The notes under the pieces: generated by a model
Database searches by the model: none
What the model was told of the DNA's origin: nothing
Seen by the model: the letters and a program-made list of their open reading frames with translations, nothing else
NCBI GenBank assembly: GCA_018662825.1
Contig: JABJFI010000002.1
Location: 57-64,056 of the forward strand
Direction: 5' to 3'
DNA length: 64,000 bases
DNA from: Methanobacteriota archaeon
GTDB lineage: Archaea; Thermoplasmatota; Poseidoniia; Poseidoniales; Poseidoniaceae
Translations under genes and position numbers: made by a program
In this document: positions 30,248-38,926 of the stretch, piece by piece
Position numbering within the stretch: the stretch's first letter is position 1
Layout: each line of letters starts with the position of its first letter

Positions 30248-30983
30248 TGACCCTGTAAAAGAGGACCCATTCCTTACGGCACACAAACCGATTGAAGATG
30301 GATTTCCTTACGAACTGGAAACCGATTCATTAGCGGATTCCATGGGTCTGCGGTTACCAAACCGTTCTCTAATGATTCTCCAAGGTACCGTTGGTGGAGG
30401 TAAATCTCTTCTTTCTCAACGTCTTGCCTATGGTTTGGCAGAAAATGATGTCAAAGTTCTAGTGATTACGACCGAACTTACCACTCGTGGATGGGTTGAA
30501 CAGATGGAGTCAATTGGCTATGGAGTGACTGAATCTATTCGCTCTGGCCAACTTTTGGTCTTCAGCCGATTCGGTACAATTGCTGAATCTTTACCTGAGG
30601 TTGGTCTCGAAGAACTTCTTGAATCTGAAGCGATTGAACTTGCTGATGTTGTTATCATTGATTCTGCAAGTTCTATTATGCCTGCAGATTTAGATGACAT
30701 CAGTCGATTCAAACTAATGCAAAAACTTCGTCAAGTTTGTTCGAAGGGTCGGTCACTTATGCTGTGTATCGACCCTGAAGAAATGGACCACAAATTATTA
30801 CATACTATGCGTGCATCTTCTGAAGTCGTTTTAGATTTACAAACAGCGATGATAGGTGGAGAAATCAAGCGAAATATCGTGATTACCCGCTACCTTCGGG
30901 CAGCAGGGCCAATTCAAACATCGATTGGATGGCGTGTTGAACCCGGCATGGGATTCATCGTCGATATTACAGCAGTGAGCTGA
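30240..30983 (+). CDS. flaH: archaellum KaiC/RecA-like ATP-binding protein FlaH
   Basis: Walker A LQGTVGGGKSLLSQRL. Walker B-like VVIIDSAS. ~247 aa. Immediately upstream of flaI. Confidence 0.85.
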   Translation: MSDDPVKEDPFLTAHKPIEDGFPYELETDSLADSMGLRLPNRSLMILQGTVGGGKSLLSQRLAYGLAENDVKVLVITTELTTRGWVEQMESIGYGVTESIRSGQLLVFSRFGTIAESLPEVGLEELLESEAIELADVVIIDSASSIMPADLDDISRFKLMQKLRQVCSKGRSLMLCIDPEEMDHKLLHTMRASSEVVLDLQTAMIGGEIKRNIVITRYLRAAGPIQTSIGWRVEPGMGFIVDITAVS

Positions 30984-30997
30984 TGGAGTGATTTGAA

Positions 30998-32716
30998 ATG
31001 GCCGCCGATGAACCAAGATTCGCTAAAGGTGACCTCAATGGGGTTATGAATGCACATTCTCACGTTGCTGAATGGGTAAGTGATTTCGAATCGAGATATG
31101 GTACACGTCCGATTTACTATGGAGAGTTGGACCGTGGAGCAAAGAAAGAACGTCCTTTCAATCTCATTTACATTACTAAAGAACCGATTTTTGTTCATAT
31201 CTATGAGCCACCGGCTGATGAAGAAGGTGGAGGGCAAATCCTTTGGTTTGGACTTGAGCCACAACTTTCTGAGGAAGAGGAAAACCTTCGACGTGGATTA
31301 ATCGAAACTCTACTGCAAGAAGCGCCTAGTGCACCTACATTTACTACAGATGATGAATTCGAAAATATTCTCTCTCAGATGATTGAGCGATATACACTCC
31401 TCGACACGGATGCCAACTCAACTGTTAGGCGCCAAGGACGATTATGGGAAATGATGGGGATGGATGACAAACGCGTCATTGTTACTGAAGCGCAACGCGA
31501 ACGCTTGCGATATATCGTGGTTCGAGATTTAATTCGTAACGGCCCATTAGAGCCGCTTCTTTCCGATGAAATGCTGGAAGATATTCACTCGATTGGATTG
31601 AAGCATGTTCACATGGACCACAAGGTGTTTGGAATGGTCACCTCAAATATCCGATTCCGTGACCGCGAATTACTTTCAAGGTTTTTACGAGCGATGTCAG
31701 AAAGAATCGGGCGCCCAGTATCGGATAACAAGCCGATTATCGATGGTGCATTACTTGACGGCTCTCGTATCAATATCATTTTCTCTGATGACGTTTCGAT
31801 GCTCGGTCCATCGTTTACGATTCGTAAATTCGCTGAAGAAACAATTTCTATCACTCAACTGATTGCTTGGGGAACTATTTCAGCTCAAGTTGCTGCATAT
31901 ATCTGGATATGTCTTGAATACGGTATGTCCGTGTTGGTGTCCGGAGAAACCGCTTCGGGAAAAACTACAACATTGAATGCGATTTTACCTTTCATTGACC
32001 ACAATGTCAAGATATATTCTGCTGAGGACACCCCTGAAGTAAAGGTCCGACACAAGATTTGGCAACGGTTAGTTACACGTTCTTCAAAGAATGAAGAATC
32101 CCGTGTTGAAATGTTCGATTTGCTTAAAGCGGCTTTGAGAAGCCGTCCTCGATACATCATCATTGGTGAGATTCGTGGTGTTGAAGGGGCTACGGCCTTC
32201 CAAGCAATGCAGACTGGGCACCCCGTCATTGCTACTTTCCACGCATCATCAATTGTCAAAATGATTCAAAGATTTACAGGTGACCCAATCAATGTCCCAA
32301 TTCGATTTTTCGATAACTTGAATTTTGCCATTTTCCAAGAAGTAGTCGAAGCACCTGGTGGAGGTATTGCTCGACGTGTCACAGGTATCGATGAAGTAAT
32401 TGGCTACAACAAACACAGCGATGGTGTATTGACCCGTGGTATGTTCGAATGGGACCCGGTAAAGGATAAGCATTACTTCCGAGGAATGTTCCAAAGCCAT
32501 CTTCTTGAAAATAAAATCGCAGCAATGGCTGGATTTTCAAATAAGCGTGACATCTATGATGAAATGCTCAAGCGTGCAGACGCTCTTGACAGAATGGTTG
32601 ACCGAGAATTGACGCATTATGACGATGTTTTCGATTTGTTAGGAATTTACTACAACAGCGGTTGGGAACACTTTGACAGAGCAGTCGATACATGGACTGG
32701 AGTAAACCAAGGCTGA
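30998..32716 (+). CDS. flaI: archaellum assembly/rotation ATPase FlaI (type II/IV secretion ATPase superfamily)
   Basis: Walker A VSGETASGKTTTLNAI. Walker B RPRYIIIGEIRG. 572 aa. Lies between flaH and flaJ. Confidence 0.9.
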   Translation: MAADEPRFAKGDLNGVMNAHSHVAEWVSDFESRYGTRPIYYGELDRGAKKERPFNLIYITKEPIFVHIYEPPADEEGGGQILWFGLEPQLSEEEENLRRGLIETLLQEAPSAPTFTTDDEFENILSQMIERYTLLDTDANSTVRRQGRLWEMMGMDDKRVIVTEAQRERLRYIVVRDLIRNGPLEPLLSDEMLEDIHSIGLKHVHMDHKVFGMVTSNIRFRDRELLSRFLRAMSERIGRPVSDNKPIIDGALLDGSRINIIFSDDVSMLGPSFTIRKFAEETISITQLIAWGTISAQVAAYIWICLEYGMSVLVSGETASGKTTTLNAILPFIDHNVKIYSAEDTPEVKVRHKIWQRLVTRSSKNEESRVEMFDLLKAALRSRPRYIIIGEIRGVEGATAFQAMQTGHPVIATFHASSIVKMIQRFTGDPINVPIRFFDNLNFAIFQEVVEAPGGGIARRVTGIDEVIGYNKHSDGVLTRGMFEWDPVKDKHYFRGMFQSHLLENKIAAMAGFSNKRDIYDEMLKRADALDRMVDRELTHYDDVFDLLGIYYNSGWEHFDRAVDTWTGVNQG

Positions 32717-32727
32717 GGTGATGTCGA

Positions 32728-34530
32728 ATGCAGCGAATGTCTTTCTGGCAAATCGCCCTTCGGCGGGTCGATATGCCTGTTGGCAGATTTCTTCTCATCT
32801 ATGTTGGAGGCTCTGCTATTGCTGGTTTCTTTTTTTCCTTAATCCTCATTTTCTTAACGGGTGGTTTAGTTGAGGGCGCCCTATTTTCAGGCGTTTCGGG
32901 TATTTTGTTGCTCATTCTACTTCCACTTCTCTCGGCTGTATCTGCTGCAGCGTTCCCTTTACTTGATGTACAGCGTTCAGCGACGATGATTGAGAAAGAG
33001 ATGCATATGTTCATCACAAGAATGGGCATTCTATCGTTGGGTGAAGTTGGTGCACAATCAATTTTCGATATTTTGAAACAAATGAGTGATTATGGTGAAT
33101 TAGCGAATGAAGTCAAGAGAATTGAAGTTCTTGTCGACAAATGGCACACATCCCTGCCGGAGGCATCACGTATTGTAGCACAACAAAGTCCGAGTCCATT
33201 ATGGGCGGATTTCCTTGACAGAATGGCTTTTTCAATTGAAGCGGGACAAGCAATTGACGGATTTATGCGCTCGGAACAAGAAACGGTTGCTGAGCAGTAC
33301 ACTACCCTGTATGACACACGCCTTGAATCAGTCGACATGATGAAGGAAATTTACGTTTCTTTGGTTTCCGCCGGATTATTTGGTCTCGTGATTGCCGGAA
33401 TTCATTTGGTTTTATTCGAAGTCGGTTCGGCAACTGATACACCAATTATGGTCGCTAGTAGATTGAGATTCCTTCTTTTGGCCTCGCTTCTTTTCACTGT
33501 CGTTCAGATAGGTGCTGTCTTTGCTTTTAAAGCAACAGTCCCCGACGATCCGACTTTTGCTCGCGATGAAATGGATACTCCATTCCGAATAAATTTCCTC
33601 CGTGCTCTTGTCGGTGCAGGGATTTTGACAGCATTCCTTCTTGTGATAATGACATTGTTATTAGCCTCTGCCTGGACTGCAATTACAACCCAATGGGACC
33701 GATATGGTCTTATTTTTATTGCCGCCCCACTCACGCCAATGCTGATTCCAGCATTGATGATTAGTCGTGAAGAAAGACAAGTTTTGCGCCGTGATGAAAC
33801 ATATCCTGATTTTATTCGTGCTTTAGGAGGCACAGCACAGGCTCGTTCCGCAGAACCATCTGCTACAATTAAGGCATTACGTGGGATTGATTTTGGTATG
33901 CTTGATCGCTCTATTGACCGGTTGGAAAGACGTCTTTCGACTCGAATCGATTCTGACCGTGCTTGGGATTATTTCAATGCAGATACAAATTCAGCAGTCA
34001 TTTCTCGCTATACAAGAATTTACATCGAAGGCTCTCAATCCTCTGGAAAGCCAGCAGATACAGCCGAAATGGTCTCTCGTTCGGTGGGTAGTCTTCTTTC
34101 ATTGCGCCGTAGAAGAGCCTTGTCAGCAGATACGATGCGGGGTGTAGCCCTTGGTTTGTTAATCGCTTCAGTAACAAGTTTGAACGTCACCATTGCAATT
34201 GTTCTCAAACTTGGAGATTCAATTGCAGGTGTTGCTTCTAATTTCACAGATACCGATGTTTCCGCACTCTCTGAATTTGGCGCTGGACTAGCTTTACCGG
34301 TAATGGAAGATGCTTCAGGTGTGGGGGAAAATATACGAATGTTCAAAATTATTGTATCGATATTGATTCTTTTCCAAGTTGCTGCGGTTTCCATAATATC
34401 AAATCGCTTACGAGGTGGAGCTCGTACAACAGCACTTGGTCAAGCCATTCAGTTGCTATGGGTTGCAGGTATTACCTCTTACATCACCTCTCGCATCCTT
34501 GAAGCAGCATCTGCTGTATTCGGTGTCTAA
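32728..34530 (+). CDS. flaJ: archaellum polytopic membrane platform protein FlaJ (TadB/C-like)
   Basis: 600 aa. Multiple TM helices flanking two cytoplasmic helical domains. Immediately follows flaI. Confidence 0.85.
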   Translation: MQRMSFWQIALRRVDMPVGRFLLIYVGGSAIAGFFFSLILIFLTGGLVEGALFSGVSGILLLILLPLLSAVSAAAFPLLDVQRSATMIEKEMHMFITRMGILSLGEVGAQSIFDILKQMSDYGELANEVKRIEVLVDKWHTSLPEASRIVAQQSPSPLWADFLDRMAFSIEAGQAIDGFMRSEQETVAEQYTTLYDTRLESVDMMKEIYVSLVSAGLFGLVIAGIHLVLFEVGSATDTPIMVASRLRFLLLASLLFTVVQIGAVFAFKATVPDDPTFARDEMDTPFRINFLRALVGAGILTAFLLVIMTLLLASAWTAITTQWDRYGLIFIAAPLTPMLIPALMISREERQVLRRDETYPDFIRALGGTAQARSAEPSATIKALRGIDFGMLDRSIDRLERRLSTRIDSDRAWDYFNADTNSAVISRYTRIYIEGSQSSGKPADTAEMVSRSVGSLLSLRRRRALSADTMRGVALGLLIASVTSLNVTIAIVLKLGDSIAGVASNFTDTDVSALSEFGAGLALPVMEDASGVGENIRMFKIIVSILILFQVAAVSIISNRLRGGARTTALGQAIQLLWVAGITSYITSRILEAASAVFGV

Positions 34531-34564
34531 TATACCCAATAACAATAACCCGCTTCTCTAATTT

Positions 34565-35044
34565 GTGGCCATGCAAAGCCCCCCCCCGCCAACAGCCCCA
34601 ACCATTCCAACTATTGCTCCAGCCCCAGCCCCAGCCCCAGCAGCAGCCTCACCTTATCAGCCGGCAGCAGGTTTTCAGGAATCTGCAATGAGTTATTCTT
34701 TCCATCGCTGGCTCATGCTCGGTGTTATCCTCATTCTCGCATCCGTCATTTTTGTCGAAGTAGTAGGGATGTTTGGAGAACCATCAATCGTTGATTATGA
34801 TATGGAACTAGAAGGCACTCTTGACCAAATTGCCAAGGATACAGAAGCACATACGGATATGAATCGTGTAATTGGTTCAGTCGGAAGTATTCTTCAAGCC
34901 GTGGGCCTTGGAATGATTGGTTATGCACTACTGAGAACATCTCACGATGATAAGCATGAACATGCTGCTATGCGTGTAACTGCAATAATTCTAGGCGCTC
35001 TTGTTATCGTGAATATTGCGTCACGCAACATAACAGTCTTTTGA
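34565..35044 (+). CDS. small 3-TM membrane protein with Pro/Ala-rich N-terminus, downstream of flaJ (function unknown)
   Basis: MAMQSPPPPTAPTIPTIAPAPAPAPAAAS then helices LMLGVILILASVIFVEVVGMF, VIGSVGSILQAVGLGMIGYALL, VTAIILGALVIVNIA. Contains a C9 homopolymer at 34574..34582. Confidence 0.5.
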   Translation: MAMQSPPPPTAPTIPTIAPAPAPAPAAASPYQPAAGFQESAMSYSFHRWLMLGVILILASVIFVEVVGMFGEPSIVDYDMELEGTLDQIAKDTEAHTDMNRVIGSVGSILQAVGLGMIGYALLRTSHDDKHEHAAMRVTAIILGALVIVNIASRNITVF

Positions 35045-35045
35045 A

Positions 35046-35720
35046 TCAGCGTTTCTTTTCTTGAGCAATACGCTTTTTTGTTGCCGTCCATGAACAAATT
35101 GGACATTGCGTGAGGTCATGCCCTCTAGCAGGACAATATTCTCTACCGAAGAAGATAATCTGCAAGTGCAATTTATTCCAAATCTTCTTGGGAAATATTG
35201 CTTTGAGGTCTTTCTCAGTTCGCTCAACAGTAGTGTCATTTGACAATCCCCAACGAGCCGCGAGACGATGGATGTGTGTGTCGACAGGAAATGCTGGAAC
35301 ACCAAAGGCCTGTGCCATAACTACACTTGCAGTTTTGTGGCCAACACCGGGTAAATTCTCGAGTTCTTGAAAACTCTGAGGTACAACACCTGCATGCCTT
35401 TCAACTAGAAGTTCTGAAAGTCTGTGAATGTTTTTCGCTTTCGTTGGTGCCAGTCCAACTTGACGTATGTCACTGAGGATTGTATCAACGCTGAGTTTGA
35501 CCATGTCGTGCGGTGTTGGCGCTTTAGAAAATAGCGCTGGAGTGACTTGATTCACTTTGAGGTCCGTTGTCTGTGCACTCATCAATACAGCGACCAATAA
35601 TTGGAAATCGTTCTGATGGTCGAGAGGAACCGGTGTTTCAGGGTAGAACTCCTCAAGCATAACGACAATACGTTCTGCCTTTTCACTCCGTTTCATTTCA
35701 TTCACCTTTGAAATCAACAA
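35046..35720 (-). CDS. nth: endonuclease III (HhH-GPD DNA glycosylase/AP lyase)
   Basis: HhH-GPD block LPGVGHKTASVVMAQAFGVPAFPVDTHIHRLA with catalytic Lys and Asp. C-terminal Cys cluster CPARGHDLTQCPIC; only three Cys are visible, one fewer than the canonical four. Confidence 0.8.
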   Translation of the reverse strand: MLISKVNEMKRSEKAERIVVMLEEFYPETPVPLDHQNDFQLLVAVLMSAQTTDLKVNQVTPALFSKAPTPHDMVKLSVDTILSDIRQVGLAPTKAKNIHRLSELLVERHAGVVPQSFQELENLPGVGHKTASVVMAQAFGVPAFPVDTHIHRLAARWGLSNDTTVERTEKDLKAIFPKKIWNKLHLQIIFFGREYCPARGHDLTQCPICSWTATKKRIAQEKKR

Positions 35721-35809
35721 TTATGCAGGTACTCCGCAGATGATATCAAACCTATTTCCAAGAAAGTCAATGTCGAAGATTTTTGTAGTGAAGCGGACAT
35801 TGAATCACC

Positions 35810-36070
35810 TCAAGATTCTATTCTGATATCGTATTCTTCTCCAGTTTTCCATCCGAATAGCAATCCAAGGAATACTGAGAGAAGAGGGATTCCATTACAG
35901 ATGAGCGATTCCATCGGCTCAGTCACTGGCTGGCCCGCAAGATACCAAATCAGCATTGCCAAAAGCAAGCCTGGAATCATCATGACCCCGCCCATAATCA
36001 GGGTTCTCAACAGACGCATATCACTGCCAGAAAGGGGTGAGTGATGAATGTGTGGTTTGAATACCTTCAC
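35810..36070 (-). CDS. small 2-TM membrane protein, hypothetical; 4-bp overlap with the polX stop
   Basis: Helices LIMGGVMMIPGLLLAMLIWYLAG and IPLLSVFLGLLFGW. Same strand as polX and nth. Confidence 0.4.
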   Translation of the reverse strand: MKVFKPHIHHSPLSGSDMRLLRTLIMGGVMMIPGLLLAMLIWYLAGQPVTEPMESLICNGIPLLSVFLGLLFGWKTGEEYDIRIES

Positions 36071-38004
36071 GCAAGACGTTGAGACATTTCCTCACCTGTG
36101 AGTGAATTTAGAACATTTTGAGATTCAATCCAGCCTTTACGTGCTGCCATCACACCATAACTTATGTCCGCTAAACCACGAATCGAGTGAGCATCTGGAT
36201 TGATTATGACAGGTACACCTAATCCCTTGGCGTGTTTACATAAACGCCAATCTAAATCCAAACGATACGGGCTTGCATTCAGTTCAACGGCTTTCAAACG
36301 CCCATCATCGTTATGTTCTGCCATATGTTCAAGAACAGCAAACAAATCCACTTCATAGCCATCTCTTCCTTGCAATATTCTTCCGGTTGGATGGCCAAGA
36401 ATTGTTGTCGAAGGATGGTCAATACATTGCATCAATTCTTCAGTATTTTGAATCTCATCACGAGCAGTCCATTTCGAAATTGCGTGGACTGAGGCAACTG
36501 TGTAATCCAATTGAGACAAGACCTCATCAGGATGGTCCAATTTTCCACCTTCGAGTATGTCGGATTCTACACCATGGAATAAACGGAAATCAACACCTTC
36601 CTCTGCCCAAGCACTGTTGTATTCTCGAATTCTAGCACCTTGCTGCAATAAATCCTCAGCACTTGCTCCGTTTGCAATTTTGAGAGTGGGGGAATGGTCG
36701 GCAATACCCAACCAATTCCAGCCCATTTTACGTGCAGTATCGGCCATTTCTTCTAGAGTTGCCTCGCCATCAGAAAGGGTGGTGTGATTATGCAGTGCTC
36801 CGCGAATATCTTTTCCAGTGATTAACGAAGGTAATGCGGAGGATTCAGCAGCCACAAGTTCACCCGTATCTTCTCGTAATTCAGGCGTGACCCATTCAAG
36901 ATCTAGGTGACGATAAATTTCGATTTCATCGTTGGCAGGAAGTGAAAACTGTGCAGCGGCCATGCCTTTCAAGTCGCCGGCCTTTTCATCAGGAATCAAT
37001 CCGAATTCATTGAGTTTCAAGCCACGTTCAATGGCTCTTTGCCGCATGGCAATATTGTGTTCTTTACTGCCGGTGAAATACGCCAAGGTGAATGGAAAAA
37101 CTTCTGGAGGTACCAATCGAACTTGAGCATCAATTGTTCCGCCGCTTTCCAATTGTTCGTAATCATCTCCTCCGATTGCATCTAATACATTCGGGTCAAT
37201 ATGGCCAACAGTAAATCCACCTTCAAAGACGCTCGTATCAAGAATTATACTGATTTTAGAATCCCCTGCCCCTTTGACATCAGCGATTCCAGGGAGACCA
37301 AGAATGGCTTTCGATACCGCTTCATGATGCTTGTTTTCTACGGCTACTACCAAGTCAAGGTCGCCAATTGTTTCTTTGCGTCGACGAGCACTTCCCGCTA
37401 ATTGTGCCTTTATCACTCCATCAAGTGCTGCAATTTTTGATTGAAATGCTTCACCATACATCAAGCCAACATCAAGCCTCCGTCGTGCTCTAAATCGTGC
37501 AAGTAATTCGATACCATCTAGCATCCGTTGTTGTGATTTTTGGCCAAACCCCTTCATTGGGGCAATCAATCCATCAAGGGCAGCCTGTTTTAGGGTTGCA
37601 ACTGAATTGACTCCAAGTTCTTCATTCATTAATTTGATTCTTTTTGGTCCCAGTCCAGGTATGCCGAGCATTTCTATCAAACCTTTTGGAGTTTGTTCAT
37701 GCAAGTTCACCCAATCATTTGGCCAGCGCCCTTCGCCTATAGCTTGAGTTAGTGCAGAACCAAGACCCTTTCCAATACCCTTGATATCAAAAAGGCGACC
37801 AGTAGCCACTAACTCCCCCAAATCTTCAGTTAGTGAGCCAAGCATGCGGCTAGCGTTTTGATAGGAGCGAACACGGAATACATTGGCCCCATTTAGTTCG
37901 AGTAGAACTGCAACTTGGTGAAGAGCCGAAGCGATTTGGTTGCGAGAAAAATAGGGGGGGCCACTCGGTCGAGCCTTCGGGAGTACAAATCCGCCACCTG
38001 CCAT
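36067..38004 (-). CDS. polX: family X DNA polymerase with C-terminal PHP phosphoesterase domain
   Basis: N-terminal HhH 8-kDa-like domain (IASALHQVAVLLELNGANVFRVRSY). Pol-beta nucleotidyltransferase motif GDLDLVVAV. PHP motifs LHNHTTLSDG and GIADHSP. 645 aa. Confidence 0.85.
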   Translation of the reverse strand: MAGGGFVLPKARPSGPPYFSRNQIASALHQVAVLLELNGANVFRVRSYQNASRMLGSLTEDLGELVATGRLFDIKGIGKGLGSALTQAIGEGRWPNDWVNLHEQTPKGLIEMLGIPGLGPKRIKLMNEELGVNSVATLKQAALDGLIAPMKGFGQKSQQRMLDGIELLARFRARRRLDVGLMYGEAFQSKIAALDGVIKAQLAGSARRRKETIGDLDLVVAVENKHHEAVSKAILGLPGIADVKGAGDSKISIILDTSVFEGGFTVGHIDPNVLDAIGGDDYEQLESGGTIDAQVRLVPPEVFPFTLAYFTGSKEHNIAMRQRAIERGLKLNEFGLIPDEKAGDLKGMAAAQFSLPANDEIEIYRHLDLEWVTPELREDTGELVAAESSALPSLITGKDIRGALHNHTTLSDGEATLEEMADTARKMGWNWLGIADHSPTLKIANGASAEDLLQQGARIREYNSAWAEEGVDFRLFHGVESDILEGGKLDHPDEVLSQLDYTVASVHAISKWTARDEIQNTEELMQCIDHPSTTILGHPTGRILQGRDGYEVDLFAVLEHMAEHNDDGRLKAVELNASPYRLDLDWRLCKHAKGLGVPVIINPDAHSIRGLADISYGVMAARKGWIESQNVLNSLTGEEMSQRLA

Positions 38005-38009
38005 AATGG

Positions 38010-38426
38010 ATGATACGGTCGACCCTTCTCAAACATTACTCTCCCTCAATTATGTCGAAACTTCATGTTGAAGAACCACAAGCCACAGGGTCCTTCATGG
38101 TCAGCGTCGATTTCATCGAACATTTGGCAGAATCACTTTGTGGTATTTCAGTAATTTTGTTCACATTTATCGCTACCTTTTCACGTTCTGAAAAAGCAGA
38201 ATACGTGGTCCAGAATTTGATTGCCATTTTGCTCATAGCAGCAGCAATTGTATTGTGGTGGCTCTCCTTATCAGGGGGGGAGTTATGGGGTTCAAACTAT
38301 CTTCCAAAACCACTGTCATTGGTTTGTATTGTCATTGCGATTTCCGCTCGAATGAACATCAAGGGCGAAAATATCTCTTTTGGAGCCAATCCACATACAA
38401 TCGGGAACTCTAATGAGGACGAGTAA
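38010..38426 (+). CDS. hypothetical small membrane protein (weak call)
   Basis: Two to three hydrophobic helices (ISVILFTFIATF, LIAILLIAAAIVLWWLSL, LSLVCIVIAISA). No motif. Fills the gap between polX and the Nfu-like gene. Confidence 0.3.
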   Translation: MIRSTLLKHYSPSIMSKLHVEEPQATGSFMVSVDFIEHLAESLCGISVILFTFIATFSRSEKAEYVVQNLIAILLIAAAIVLWWLSLSGGELWGSNYLPKPLSLVCIVIAISARMNIKGENISFGANPHTIGNSNEDE

Positions 38427-38765
38427 TCAAACGATTTCACCGCGTGGTTTCGATGATTCGGATTCGACAGGTTTAGTATTTTCATTTTCCTTTGCCATTT
38501 TTTGGTCGATAAATGTGCGCATGTATTCTGGAAGTTCACCGTTGACAAAAATCACATCATTGATGTAATCCAGTTTTTTGAGTGAATAGTAAATTTGCAT
38601 CGCAGTCATTGGAGTCGATGAACAACCATTGCACCCACCATCGAGTGAAAGCATAATGTTTCCATCGGTTGTATCCAAAACCGTCACGATTCCATCATGT
38701 TCATCCAGAATCTCTTGAACTGGGCCAATTTCAGCCAAGACCTCCTCCGCAGTGATGCTCATCAT
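38427..38765 (-). CDS. Nfu/NifU C-terminal-domain-like Fe-S cluster scaffold/carrier protein
   Basis: LSLDGGCNGCSSTPMTAMQIY matches the Nfu CxxC cluster-binding motif (GGCxGCxxSxxT). Confidence 0.6.
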   Translation of the reverse strand: MMSITAEEVLAEIGPVQEILDEHDGIVTVLDTTDGNIMLSLDGGCNGCSSTPMTAMQIYYSLKKLDYINDVIFVNGELPEYMRTFIDQKMAKENENTKPVESESSKPRGEIV

Positions 38766-38926
38766 TCAGCGCTGTGCACCTCTCCCCTTTCAACAATTGC
38801 TTGGCAGTATCGGTTTTCAAACCGCTTCGGCGTGATGGTTGAACCATCAAAAAGCAGTACAGGGTGTGTTTTGGGGGAACCACTTATGAGGGGTTCTTTG
38901 GTCGCCGGAAACACAGGTGTTCTATA

